Of a stretch of DNA of 30,023 bases, positions 1 to 8,465 are shown one piece after another. The first letter of the stretch is position 1; each line of letters starts with the position of its first letter. The position numbers and the translations under genes were made by a program. Source of the DNA: a virus (taxonomy: Duplodnaviria > Caudoviricetes). The stretch is taken from IMG/VR virus record IMGVR_UViG_3300044723_004952, positions 1 through 30,023 of that record; one strand, 5' to 3'. The notes beneath the pieces are model-generated. The model searched no databases and was not told the DNA's origin. It saw nothing but the letters and a program-made list of their open reading frames with translations.

Positions 1-1
1 A

Positions 2-469
2 TATGACCTAAGCCTTCGATTTAATGTCGATACTCTTAACCCAGAATTTATGGAAAAGAAGATTGATGCGGTAATGAAGCTTACTCAGTTCGATGTGACT
101 GGTGCTCTTGACCGCAATAAGCTTTTGGAAATCATAGCCGAGTCAATTGACCCAATGTTAGCAAAGCAAGTGGTCATGGATAAGGCAACAGCAGCCCAGA
201 AGGAGATTGAGGATGAGCAAAATGCGTGGATTAAAATTATCAATGAAATCGAGCCAATACCCAAGGAGGGAGTTAATTTTCAGCTTCGCCAACAAACAGC
301 TCAACAAATTATCCAAACTTCTCAAGAGCTACAGAAAAAGCTCCAAGAAAAACCACTTGTTAAGCAATTGTCGGATAATCGGATGCAATATTTGCAGTTC
401 GGAATACAGCAAATGGAAAACGCGCAGATTGGAAGAGTGGGAGTTAAATCGGTCACTGGAGGATACTGA
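2..469 (+). CDS. C-terminal part of probable portal protein (5' truncated by the window)
   Basis: The frame is open from base 2 (YDLSLRFNVDTLNPEF) into the track ORF at 50, so the gene starts upstream. Helical, Gln-rich C-terminus, and it lies upstream of scaffold and capsid as podovirus portals do. Inferred from synteny and composition. Confidence 0.6.
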   Translation, partial: YDLSLRFNVDTLNPEFMEKKIDAVMKLTQFDVTGALDRNKLLEIIAESIDPMLAKQVVMDKATAAQKEIEDEQNAWIKIINEIEPIPKEGVNFQLRQQTAQQIIQTSQELQKKLQEKPLVKQLSDNRMQYLQFGIQQMENAQIGRVGVKSVTGGY

Positions 470-765
470 TGTTTAAATTATTCCGTAAGAAATCGAAGCT
501 AGTAAAGTACCCTAACCCAATGACGGCAGATGAAGTCGCTCAGGCTTTTGGAGATGTTGGGGATGGCAGTAAATTGTGGCAAGCGTTAGACACTATAATA
601 GACTCAGCCCTTTTGGATTCAGTCAATGATGTGGCAGACCCAGCAAGTGATCCACAGAAAATGTCACATGCAGCTGGGAGGATTGATGCCTTGGCTACAT
701 TAAAAACACAAATAGAGGAATTTAAAAAATGGAAGAATGGGAAGATATCCTTCAATCAGAGTTAG
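469..765 (+). CDS. Small phage protein downstream of the portal (98 aa, helical)
   Basis: TGATG overlap with the upstream stop. The helix HAAGRIDALATLKTQIEE resembles small proteins commonly found after podovirus portals. Confidence 0.7.
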   Translation: MFKLFRKKSKLVKYPNPMTADEVAQAFGDVGDGSKLWQALDTIIDSALLDSVNDVADPASDPQKMSHAAGRIDALATLKTQIEEFKKWKNGKISFNQS

Positions 766-881
766 GCGAAAAATGTAATGATTACTTAACGAAAGGTTTA
801 ACCATCCGTCAGGTAATAGGAGTACTGGAAACACTAAAGGCAGAGCTACTGCCCTCTATAGTTATCTTTGACGAAGAATGA
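729..881 (+). CDS. Small hypothetical protein, 50 aa (not in ORF track)
   Basis: Hand translation: MEEWEDILQSELGEKCNDYLTKGLTIRQVIGVLETLKAELLPSIVIFDEE. It fills the 766-877 gap, and its TGA (879-881) overlaps the next ATG (878-880) as ATGA. Confidence 0.7.
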   Translation: MEEWEDILQSELGEKCNDYLTKGLTIRQVIGVLETLKAELLPSIVIFDEE

Positions 882-1591
882 AGTCTTTCGTATTTGCCAG
901 CGATTTGCATGGTGATAAGCAGGACTACGATGCAGTAGCTCATCTGCATAAATTCGTAGATGATTTCAAGCCTGATGTCCGTATATTTGGTGGAGACCTA
1001 TTTGATTTTTCTCCACTAATGAGATCCGCAGACGCTGCTGAGCGAAATGCAAGTATGGAGGCAGATGTGGAGGCTGGTATGGAGTTCTTAAAAGAGTTTA
1101 AGCCTCACCATTTTTTGCTAGGCAATCATGATGACCGATTATGGCAGACAGCCGAAAAGCACAGCTTAGGCATAATTAGGGATACAGCGAAATTAGGTAT
1201 AAGGGACATTGAGCAGACCTGTCGCTCTATTAAGTGCAAGATGTATCCATATGATGTCGATAAGGGCATTTTAAAGCTTGGTAAAATAAAATTCTGCCAT
1301 GGTTATTTTCATGGCATTACAGCCACAAAGAGACATGCGGAAACTTTTTCTGAAGAGGGTGGGCTGGTAGTGCATGGACACATTCATTCTTTACAGTACC
1401 ATTCTATTCCGAAGCAAGGTGGTGGTGCTGGAATTAGTGCTGGCTGCTTGGCTACTACTGCGATGGATTGGAATCGGGCTAAGGTTAACAGGTTGGCTCA
1501 CGAGGCTGGCTGGGTTTACGGATATTTTTCTAACAAAGGTTGGGCTGCTTATACAGCTAAGCGAATGGGTAGCGAGTGGTGCTGGAGATGA
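878..1591 (+). CDS. Calcineurin-like metallophosphoesterase
   Basis: All five family motifs occur in order: SDLH, GGDLFD, GNHD, CHG, GHIH. Confidence 0.93.
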   Translation: MKSFVFASDLHGDKQDYDAVAHLHKFVDDFKPDVRIFGGDLFDFSPLMRSADAAERNASMEADVEAGMEFLKEFKPHHFLLGNHDDRLWQTAEKHSLGIIRDTAKLGIRDIEQTCRSIKCKMYPYDVDKGILKLGKIKFCHGYFHGITATKRHAETFSEEGGLVVHGHIHSLQYHSIPKQGGGAGISAGCLATTAMDWNRAKVNRLAHEAGWVYGYFSNKGWAAYTAKRMGSEWCWR

Positions 1592-1830
1592 GCTGGGCAT
1601 CAAAGCTGGAAGATTTGCATGACGATAGTGCAAATAAACCAAGCGGTAAGGACTGGTTTACCATTACTGATTTCAAGGAGGAAACTGGGTATGGTTTTAA
1701 CAAATGTTATAAGCTAGTGAACCAAGCTATCTCAGAAGGAAAAATGGAATGTTACTCAGGGTCAGAGTACTCAAAAAACCAAAAACAGTTAGTTCGCAGG
1801 AACTGGTATCGTTTTATTGAGCCCAACTAG
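1588..1830 (+). CDS. Small protein (80 aa), possible winged helix-turn-helix DNA-binding fold
   Basis: ATG at 1588 overlaps the phosphoesterase stop (ATGA) and is preferred over the track GTG at 1576. WFTITDFKEETGYGFNKCYKLVNQAISEGKME followed by a beta hairpin ending WYRF resembles a wHTH. The fold is inferred. Confidence 0.6.
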   Translation: MSWASKLEDLHDDSANKPSGKDWFTITDFKEETGYGFNKCYKLVNQAISEGKMECYSGSEYSKNQKQLVRRNWYRFIEPN

Positions 1831-1840
1831 GGTAAGCGTA

Positions 1841-1879
1841 TTGACAGATTGTTAAGCGACAAAAAGTTTTATCTTAACA
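1841..1879 (+). promoter_or_regulatory. Possible promoter/operator upstream of the scaffold-capsid genes
   Basis: Perfect TTGACA at 1841-1846 in a 105-bp intergenic gap, plus inverted repeat TGTTAAG (1850-1856) / CTTAACA (1873-1879). No canonical -10 at 16-18 bp spacing; TATCTT lies 23 bp away. Confidence 0.3.
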
Positions 1880-1935
1880 TTCGTCCGTGACGATCTTCAC
1901 GAGATTACAATTCCAACGCCAGTGAATTAAAAACT

Positions 1936-2892
1936 ATGGTAGACACAATAAACGAGGTCGCACCTCAAGAAACAGCAGAGACAGAATCAGATAGCTTAAT
2001 CGATCTAGGAGAGATTATTGAATCTTCAGGGTTGAGCGAGCAGTTCATTGACAATGTAGAATCAGAAACCGAAGAGGTTGCTGAAGAAGAGCAGGAAGCA
2101 ATTGAGGAGTCAGAAGAGATGTCCGAAGCCACTGAGTATACAGAGGTAGAGGAAAAACCTGAAGACTCTGAGGGTGTTAAAAAGCGGATTGGTAAATTGG
2201 TTGAAGCTAAGAATGCAGCTTTGGCTGAAGTAGAAATACTTAAAGCTGAACTAGAGAACACTGCTAAGGTAGAGCAAGCACCAAAGCCAGTACAGGCTCA
2301 GGGTGTTGACCGCTTTAGTGATGTCGAGAATATGCAACAGCTCCAGCAGCGTGAGGCAAGTGCCGAGCACTTAAGGGAGTGGCTTTTAGAAAATCCAGAC
2401 GGAGGTGAGTATGAGGACATGGTTGGTGAGACCCATGATGTTGAATACGATCAAGCCAGAAAACTGATGGTGGAAACAGATAGGGATCTTAGGAAAAATA
2501 TCCCTAAAACCGCATCAAGGTTAGTGGAAAAACAAAAGCAAAGCCAAATTGCAATTCAGACTTTCAAGTGGATGTCCAATCAGGGTAGTGCGGAGTCTCA
2601 GGAAGTTGAAAAGCTACTGACCAATAATTCACATCTGGCTGACTATGTTAAGACTGACCCTTTTGGGCTAATAACATTAGGATACGCAGTAGAAGGCTTT
2701 AAGGCTTACAGAGAAAATGCTGTAAAAGCAAAAGCTGGCAAACAACCAACCGCTCCGAGTCTTCCAACTGCCCCAAGTCGATCACAGAGGTCTGTGGTAA
2801 AGGCAAAGGGTAAAGGGAAAGACGCACTTCTTAAAAAAGCAGCCTCTGGTGACATTGATGATGCAGCGTCTTACATAGAATCATTACTTTAA
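1936..2892 (+). CDS. Capsid scaffolding protein
   Basis: Very acidic N-terminus, GVKKRIGKLV followed by a coiled coil, Pro/Lys-rich linker and short C-terminal helix (GDIDDAASYIESLL). It sits immediately upstream of the capsid gene. Confidence 0.85.
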   Translation: MVDTINEVAPQETAETESDSLIDLGEIIESSGLSEQFIDNVESETEEVAEEEQEAIEESEEMSEATEYTEVEEKPEDSEGVKKRIGKLVEAKNAALAEVEILKAELENTAKVEQAPKPVQAQGVDRFSDVENMQQLQQREASAEHLREWLLENPDGGEYEDMVGETHDVEYDQARKLMVETDRDLRKNIPKTASRLVEKQKQSQIAIQTFKWMSNQGSAESQEVEKLLTNNSHLADYVKTDPFGLITLGYAVEGFKAYRENAVKAKAGKQPTAPSLPTAPSRSQRSVVKAKGKGKDALLKKAASGDIDDAASYIESLL

Positions 2893-2894
2893 TA

Positions 2895-2901
2895 GGAGGA
2901 A
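2895..2901 (+). promoter_or_regulatory. Shine-Dalgarno site of the major capsid gene
   Basis: AGGAGGA 6 nt upstream of the ATG at 2908. Confidence 0.8.
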
Positions 2902-2907
2902 AAAATC

Positions 2908-3957
2908 ATGGCTGGAATAGTTGAAAGATCACAAAATTTAAAGAGGGAAGACTTGTCTTCGCTTCTCAGTATTATAGATAAAAAAAGTACACCATTTTTA
3001 TCAGAAGTTAAAAAAGGCAGTGCACCACGCAACTCACTTTTAGAGTGGGGCGTAGATAAGCATAAAATTAATAATGTACAGGCTGCTACCTACACAGGTG
3101 GAGTATCTAACAAGATCCCAGTGGATGGTGAGGATACCACCAGTGCAGACTTCGAGAATTACGATGACCGCGCAAAGTGCCAAGTTTATGTGCAGTATGC
3201 TCGCAGATTCCCAAAGGTTTCTCGCTTGGCTGACATGACTTCTGACATCGCTGGAGTCGGTTTTAAGAAGGAAATGAGCAACTCGATTGCAAAAGCATTG
3301 GTCACTCATAAAAGAGATATAGAGAGTACTCTATGCTCTTCTCAGGAGACCAATCAGGAGAACTCTTCTGATCCATATCAGACTCGCGGACTAGGTAAGT
3401 GGGTTAGCTCAACAGCACAGGCAACTCTTCCAGTTCCTACATCGTTCTTGACTCCATCAACATCGATCAAGACATCTTCTGCTGCTACTGCTAAAGAAGA
3501 AGACATTCGTGACATCCTCCAGAGCATCTATGAGCAGACTGGTGAATCGGACAAAACCTTTTTTGGTCTTTGCGGAACTGCTGCTAAGAAAACCATTTCT
3601 GAGTTTACGCTGTTTAGCCCAAGAACCAATAATCTGGTAGTCTCTAATCGTGACACTGATGAGGGACGCTTGAGTGCTGCGATTGACATTATCGAGACTG
3701 ATTTTGGTACTGTCGGGCTTCAATTATCGAGCTTTCTTGAGCAAGACGCTCGCTCGGCTGGTGCTTATGATGCCACTGTAGGTCAAGGTACTTTATTCAT
3801 TTTGAATAAGCCACAGCTAGAGGTTTCCTTCGCGGAAAACACAAATGTCCGCGAGCTTCCTGATCTGGGTGGTGGTGCTCGTTCATTGATCGAGTCTGTG
3901 TTTGCTCTCAAGTCTTACTCTGGTGGACTTGACCACGGCAAATACACGATAACCTGA
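2908..3957 (+). CDS. Major capsid protein (HK97 fold; resembles the DUF5309/SU10-type MCP family)
   Basis: 349 aa with N-terminal REDLSSLLSIIDKKSTPFLS, EWGVD, HKRDIEST, TRGLGKW, IETDFG and RELPDLG motifs typical of this family. Strong SD, and it follows the scaffold. Confidence 0.9.
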   Translation: MAGIVERSQNLKREDLSSLLSIIDKKSTPFLSEVKKGSAPRNSLLEWGVDKHKINNVQAATYTGGVSNKIPVDGEDTTSADFENYDDRAKCQVYVQYARRFPKVSRLADMTSDIAGVGFKKEMSNSIAKALVTHKRDIESTLCSSQETNQENSSDPYQTRGLGKWVSSTAQATLPVPTSFLTPSTSIKTSSAATAKEEDIRDILQSIYEQTGESDKTFFGLCGTAAKKTISEFTLFSPRTNNLVVSNRDTDEGRLSAAIDIIETDFGTVGLQLSSFLEQDARSAGAYDATVGQGTLFILNKPQLEVSFAENTNVRELPDLGGGARSLIESVFALKSYSGGLDHGKYTIT

Positions 3958-3978
3958 TTCGTTTTCTTACGCTCAGCG

Positions 3979-4311
3979 ATGCTCGATTCTAATAAAGAAA
4001 TTGTAGTTGATGGGGTTAACTACACTGGTGAGGTTTGGGATATCTTTGCCAACCAATTTAGATCCGAGCTCGCTAGAGCGGAAGAAGAACAAATCAAGTT
4101 GATGCAAGCTGAGCGTCGATTGACTGGCGGTGAGCGAAAAAATTTAGACTTTGGGTATCTTAGATATAAGCTCTGCCCAGAAGTCTATAATTTTTGGAAG
4201 GACAAGATCCATGAGAATATTTGGCAGGACAAGGGTTTTAAAAAATGGTTAGACAATCGTTTCGGTGATCTAGTTAAAATTAAATCAGTCTCTGACAAAA
4301 TTATTGTCTGA
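3979..4311 (+). CDS. Hypothetical phage protein (110 aa)
   Basis: ORF between capsid and adaptor genes, with a TGATG overlap into the next gene. Confidence 0.75.
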   Translation: MLDSNKEIVVDGVNYTGEVWDIFANQFRSELARAEEEQIKLMQAERRLTGGERKNLDFGYLRYKLCPEVYNFWKDKIHENIWQDKGFKKWLDNRFGDLVKIKSVSDKIIV

Positions 4312-7300
4312 TGAGAAGCATTGCTTATTCGGCAATCGAAAGGGGTGTTGCAGCAACTGCTGGAGTAGACCCAACCAGTATTCTTAGCCATGAAAAAGTA
4401 CTACTGGCAGAATATATAACTGATGCGGTAAAGTACTGCTGGGATTATTATCCATGGGCAGAATTTACTAAGACGGAAGTAAGATATTTCCGTGACGAAT
4501 TTGATCCGTCTAGCACCTATCCAGTAGGTAGTGAGGTTTATTATGACGGAAAGTATTATAGAAATTACCAAGAGGCTACAGGAGGCACTCCATTAGACTT
4601 AGTGTTTTGGTATGAAATTGGTGACATTGATGATGCACCAGAATGGACGGAGAATGGCTGCTACTATATAGGGGCTAAGGTTCGGTATAAGAACAAACTT
4701 TACCTTTGCGTCAGCGAACCAACTGACCCGATAGCGGCTTACGGCAACCAGCCATGTTGCTTTGAGGTAAATGGAATAACGCCAGAAAGTTCAAACTTTA
4801 TTGAGATAAGCATTAAGTTTGATCGCTACATTTCCTATGAGCAAGTCGGTAGAGATATTATCGGAACTTGTTTATCTATTACCCTAGAAGATCCTCGGTA
4901 TAATGATACGACTCCATTGAACTGGAGAGAGGGCAGGGAAGGAATTTATATAGACCCATATGACAAAACCTTTAATGAGGTCTGGGTTCGGTACAGGATA
5001 GAGTCCCCAGTTTTTAATGCGGACAGTGCTGACGAAGAAGTTCCAAATTTCTTAGCACAGGCAATAAAGGCTTATGCGTATAAACACTGGCTGGTGGGGG
5101 ATGGTCAGCACGAGAAGGCGCAGTTACAAGACATGTATGGGCTTGACTTGCTAGTTCGTGAGCTGGACAAGCTAGACAGCCAGCAAGACAGGGCTGCACC
5201 CTTTACGATCACAAAAGAGCCTTACAGGAGGCTTAATGCAAAGCAGAGCCATAAAGCACCAATCACTGCTGAGCAAATTGCAGCAGTCAAGAAAGGGCTC
5301 GCAGAAATTGCCATGTCAGTGGACACAGATTTTAAGGGTAAAAATGCTGTGGTTAAGGCAATTATCGATGGTGACCCAATACTGGATCTTATTGTAACAG
5401 CACTTAATATCGTGCGGAAAGGTTACCCACAAATCTTCTTGAGGCTGAAGCCTGATGTCCGTGCAAAGAACGCAGCCCAGTACAGAGAGGTACAGGTGTT
5501 TACTAAGGTTTACACAGGCAAGGCTTACCGCTCAATAAACATTGGTCAGGTAAAAGCCCTGAAGCTCAATGTAGTGTGGAGTCCTCCGATAAATGGCAGG
5601 GTTAATATTTACTCGTCTCAGGTTGCAAGAAACTGCGTCAAGCAGTCTACCATTAAGGTAATGCCCACAAGGGTTTCTTGTGATTCGGTAATTGGCTACA
5701 ATCCAGTTAAGTTTGGGAACGCTTATCTGGCTGCTGTAATTACTGCACAAAATGTCCAAGCTAAGAATATCGTCGGACAGGGTGTAAGTGTTGCACCTGT
5801 CCGTATAGATGGTGTCTTTAATGGCAGGAATGTAGTGCAGCGAGGTTACAGCACGGCTGCAATAGCAATCACAGACATAACACAGGGCGATAATATAGTT
5901 GTTAAGGGTGTGGCTACAGCCGCAGTGTCAGTTGTTACTCAAGTACTTGGTAAGAATGCAATAGTAAAAGGAGAGTCAACTGTGGTGCTTACTACCAGTC
6001 TTATTGCAACTAGTCACAGAGAGAGACTCAGGGAAGCATCAACTGTCATAACTTATAAAATTACTAATGGTCGGGATAGTGTTGTACAGCTATGGAACAG
6101 TCGAACAACGCCACAAACTGACAGTAGGCTTAATTTATCAAGTATACCATCGGCTGGTTCAGGCAGTGTCAGCCATATATTATTCGAAACAATGGGAAGA
6201 AGGACGCAGCCAGAAACAGGGCAAAGTTATTTACCCACAATGGCTACAAGACTGGCATCTGTAACACTGCAAGAATTTTTCAGTACAAACCAGCAGTTTA
6301 AATTAGTACATACTAGTGAGTTTGAGAATGAATCATTTTTTAGTGGAAAGTCAGTAAAGTGGTATGACTTGCCTAACACTTCCCTTTCTCAAAATGATGG
6401 TTTCCATACAACCAGAAACATTTATGAGGATATGCTGCTAGTGGGGCAAACTCCGATAAATATTCATGTGCCAGAACACACCAATGGGGAGTCAGAGGAA
6501 AATATTCAAGGCTATTTAATTGCATATTTCCAAAAACCAAGAATTAATCAGAGCAGTCATTCGGGTACACGCCAAATGTATTTTGGCTCACTTAGTGAGC
6601 TGTTACCGCAAAACACTACATCAAATAATGGGTATGGTGAGTTTGATCAGATTGCAGCTTCTTCACCTAAAGCAAATCACCCTCGCGGTTTATTTTCTGA
6701 TAATTTTCAGTATTGGTCTGGGAATGAAAATGATGCATTCGCATGGCAGAAAAATAATGGGTATATGATTAAGTTTAGGATCTTATTAGAAAATGCAAGA
6801 CCTACTACACCCTACGGCTTCGGTTACGGCGCTAATGACCTCATTCTTGATAATTATGATTATCTGCAATCAATATATTTAAATTCATCAGTTAGTAGTG
6901 GAACTTTAGGCAGTAATACATATCAAAAAACTCCTGTAACTGTCACAGGTGCATACTGTTTAGATCCAAATTACTCGCTAGATTTTGACAATCCTACACA
7001 ACCAAAAGATACTGGTTTGATTCAAAATGTGATATTTGCAGCACAAAAAGAAAGTGCAGATTTATCTGGTCAGTACTGGAAATACAATCAACCGCCAGCC
7101 CCTTACAGGGAGCACGCTATTGTGCACGACAATACAAGCCAAGATCCTTGGGATACTCGCACGGCACTATACACTGCTGACCCCTCATGGAATCAAGCAA
7201 GTATGCCATTTACATGCAATGTAATCCCAGATGGATTGCCAACAACTTTTCCAGAAACATTTGGGGAGTCGGCACACTTAGACTGGGCAAATAATGACTG

Positions 7301-7355
7301 GGTAACCATAGGGCAATGCACCAATAAGAATGTGGTTATTGCAGAAAAAGAATAA
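4311..7355 (+). CDS. Head-tail adaptor-like protein fused to a repeat-containing fibre extension (1014 aa)
   Basis: The first ~290 aa look like a podovirus adaptor (helix, WDYYPWAEF, VWVRY, EVPNFLAQAI helices) with two small aromatic modules inserted (YPVGSEVYYDGKYY; YYIGAKVRYKNKLYLC). These are followed by ~21-aa beta-rich repeats and a ~430-aa C-terminal region. Position after the capsid gene fits an adaptor. Confidence 0.65.
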   Translation: MRSIAYSAIERGVAATAGVDPTSILSHEKVLLAEYITDAVKYCWDYYPWAEFTKTEVRYFRDEFDPSSTYPVGSEVYYDGKYYRNYQEATGGTPLDLVFWYEIGDIDDAPEWTENGCYYIGAKVRYKNKLYLCVSEPTDPIAAYGNQPCCFEVNGITPESSNFIEISIKFDRYISYEQVGRDIIGTCLSITLEDPRYNDTTPLNWREGREGIYIDPYDKTFNEVWVRYRIESPVFNADSADEEVPNFLAQAIKAYAYKHWLVGDGQHEKAQLQDMYGLDLLVRELDKLDSQQDRAAPFTITKEPYRRLNAKQSHKAPITAEQIAAVKKGLAEIAMSVDTDFKGKNAVVKAIIDGDPILDLIVTALNIVRKGYPQIFLRLKPDVRAKNAAQYREVQVFTKVYTGKAYRSINIGQVKALKLNVVWSPPINGRVNIYSSQVARNCVKQSTIKVMPTRVSCDSVIGYNPVKFGNAYLAAVITAQNVQAKNIVGQGVSVAPVRIDGVFNGRNVVQRGYSTAAIAITDITQGDNIVVKGVATAAVSVVTQVLGKNAIVKGESTVVLTTSLIATSHRERLREASTVITYKITNGRDSVVQLWNSRTTPQTDSRLNLSSIPSAGSGSVSHILFETMGRRTQPETGQSYLPTMATRLASVTLQEFFSTNQQFKLVHTSEFENESFFSGKSVKWYDLPNTSLSQNDGFHTTRNIYEDMLLVGQTPINIHVPEHTNGESEENIQGYLIAYFQKPRINQSSHSGTRQMYFGSLSELLPQNTTSNNGYGEFDQIAASSPKANHPRGLFSDNFQYWSGNENDAFAWQKNNGYMIKFRILLENARPTTPYGFGYGANDLILDNYDYLQSIYLNSSVSSGTLGSNTYQKTPVTVTGAYCLDPNYSLDFDNPTQPKDTGLIQNVIFAAQKESADLSGQYWKYNQPPAPYREHAIVHDNTSQDPWDTRTALYTADPSWNQASMPFTCNVIPDGLPTTFPETFGESAHLDWANNDWVTIGQCTNKNVVIAEKE
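5337..6011 (+). repeat. Degenerate 21-23 aa protein-level repeats within the 1014-aa protein
   Basis: [GA]xN-anchored units begin at 5337, 5400, 5463, 5625, 5694, 5760, 5823, 5886 and 5949. Examples: GRNVVQRGYSTAAIAITDITQ, GDNIVVKGVATAAVSVVTQVL, GKNAIVKGESTVVLTTSLIAT. Confidence 0.8.
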
Positions 7356-7390
7356 TTTTAACCAACTAAAAAAAAGAGAGGATATATAAA

Positions 7391-7822
7391 ATGAGTCAAG
7401 CAACAGATTATTTAGAGGAGAAAATTTTAGATGCCATGGCAACGCTGGGCAGCTTTGATTTTGCTTCTGGAACAGTAACGAGTGGATCAGGTGGATACAT
7501 TGGTCTTTTTACTTCAGCGCCTTCTGACAGTGCTGCTGGGACTGAGGTTTCAGCATCTGGTACTGCCTACACACGGATTCAGATTGGATCAGCTGGACAA
7601 GGTAGCTTCAATGCAGCATCTGGTGGAGAGATTGACAATGATGCAGAGTTCCGCTGGGCTGATGCTTTAGCTGACTGGGGAACGATTACCCATGTTGGGC
7701 TATTTGATGCATCCACTGGTGGAAACTTGTTGGTCTACGGACAGCTTCAAAGCTCTGTTGTCATCGAGCTAGGTGACATCTTTAAAGTTCCAGCAAACGG
7801 ATTTACGATTCAGATGAACTAA
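7391..7822 (+). CDS. Virion accessory / fibre-associated protein (143 aa, widespread phage family)
   Basis: Recognisable signature DYLEEKILD..YIGLFTSAP..GTEVS..YTR..WGTITHVGLFDASTGGNLL. GAGAGGA SD at 7376-7382. Confidence 0.8.
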   Translation: MSQATDYLEEKILDAMATLGSFDFASGTVTSGSGGYIGLFTSAPSDSAAGTEVSASGTAYTRIQIGSAGQGSFNAASGGEIDNDAEFRWADALADWGTITHVGLFDASTGGNLLVYGQLQSSVVIELGDIFKVPANGFTIQMN

Positions 7823-8247
7823 TGCCCTTGTGGGCTATAGTTTTAATAATCTTCTTTTTAGGTAGTTGTAGTATGAAGTCCCTCTTGCCTCCCACTCTTG
7901 CGGTGGTAGGTGGAGGGGCTGGTGCAGCAGTTACCGCAGGATCGCCAGCTGGTGCAGCTCTTGGGGCTGGAGTTGGGAGTGCTGCTGGGTCTTTAATTGT
8001 TATGGATTCAAATGCTAGAGAAGATAAGAAAATGATGGTGGAAGCTTTGACCTCTGGGGATGTTGACGCACTAGTAGAGACAAAACTTAAAGCTGCTAAA
8101 GATGGCGGTTTTTTTGACTCTCTTCTAGTGGAAGTTTATGGGGTCATTAAGTTATGCGTCATTGGCTTAGCCCTATGGTTTATCGTACCAATGGTTTACT
8201 CTCACTGGAGGGCAAAAAAATCAGAAGACAAATGGAACAGAATTTAG
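7822..8247 (+). CDS. Predicted lipoprotein with glycine-zipper segment and C-terminal transmembrane helix (candidate lysis/spanin-like protein)
   Basis: Hydrophobic N-terminus ending in lipobox-like FLGS-C16, a GGGAGAAVTAGSPAGAALGAGVG glycine zipper, and a C-terminal hydrophobic helix VIKLCVIGLALWFIVPMVY followed by a basic tail. Confidence 0.6.
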   Translation: MPLWAIVLIIFFLGSCSMKSLLPPTLAVVGGGAGAAVTAGSPAGAALGAGVGSAAGSLIVMDSNAREDKKMMVEALTSGDVDALVETKLKAAKDGGFFDSLLVEVYGVIKLCVIGLALWFIVPMVYSHWRAKKSEDKWNRI

Positions 8248-8465
8248 TATTTTACGCACTGCAAGTAGTCTCAGGGGTTCTGTTTGCAGTAGGTGGGTTT
8301 ATGATAAAATCAGTACTCGGAGAGATGAAATGCCAATCACTAAGAATCAATAAGCTTGAAGTGGACATGGCTAAAAATACAACCGAGAACGAAACGCTAT
8401 TTAAGAGGCTTGATGGTATCGAGACAAAACTCGACAAGCTACTGGAAGGGTGGAGGAATAGGTAG
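8232..8465 (+). CDS. Single-TM coiled-coil membrane protein (77 aa), holin-like candidate
   Basis: Likely start is ATG 8232 (MEQNLVFYALQVVSGVLFAVGGFMIK), not 8154. One TM helix, then a coiled coil ending RLDGIETKLDKLL. Confidence 0.6.
   Translation: MEQNLVFYALQVVSGVLFAVGGFMIKSVLGEMKCQSLRINKLEVDMAKNTTENETLFKRLDGIETKLDKLLEGWRNR

Noticed and set aside
3958-3978. Intrinsic terminator after the major capsid gene
   Set aside because: Only a tiny palindrome (CGCTCAGCG) is present, and the T-run lies before it, not after. Too weak to call.
7368-7375. A8 tract as a phase-variation or frameshift site
   Set aside because: It is intergenic and just upstream of an SD, so it is more simply an A-rich translation enhancer. 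No reading frame depends on it.
8154-8231. Longer 103-aa version of the holin-like ORF, or an embedded Rz/Rz1-type overlap
   Set aside because: The extension overlaps the TM-coding end of the upstream gene and has no signal or lipobox features. ATG 8232 gives a cleaner single-TM protein.
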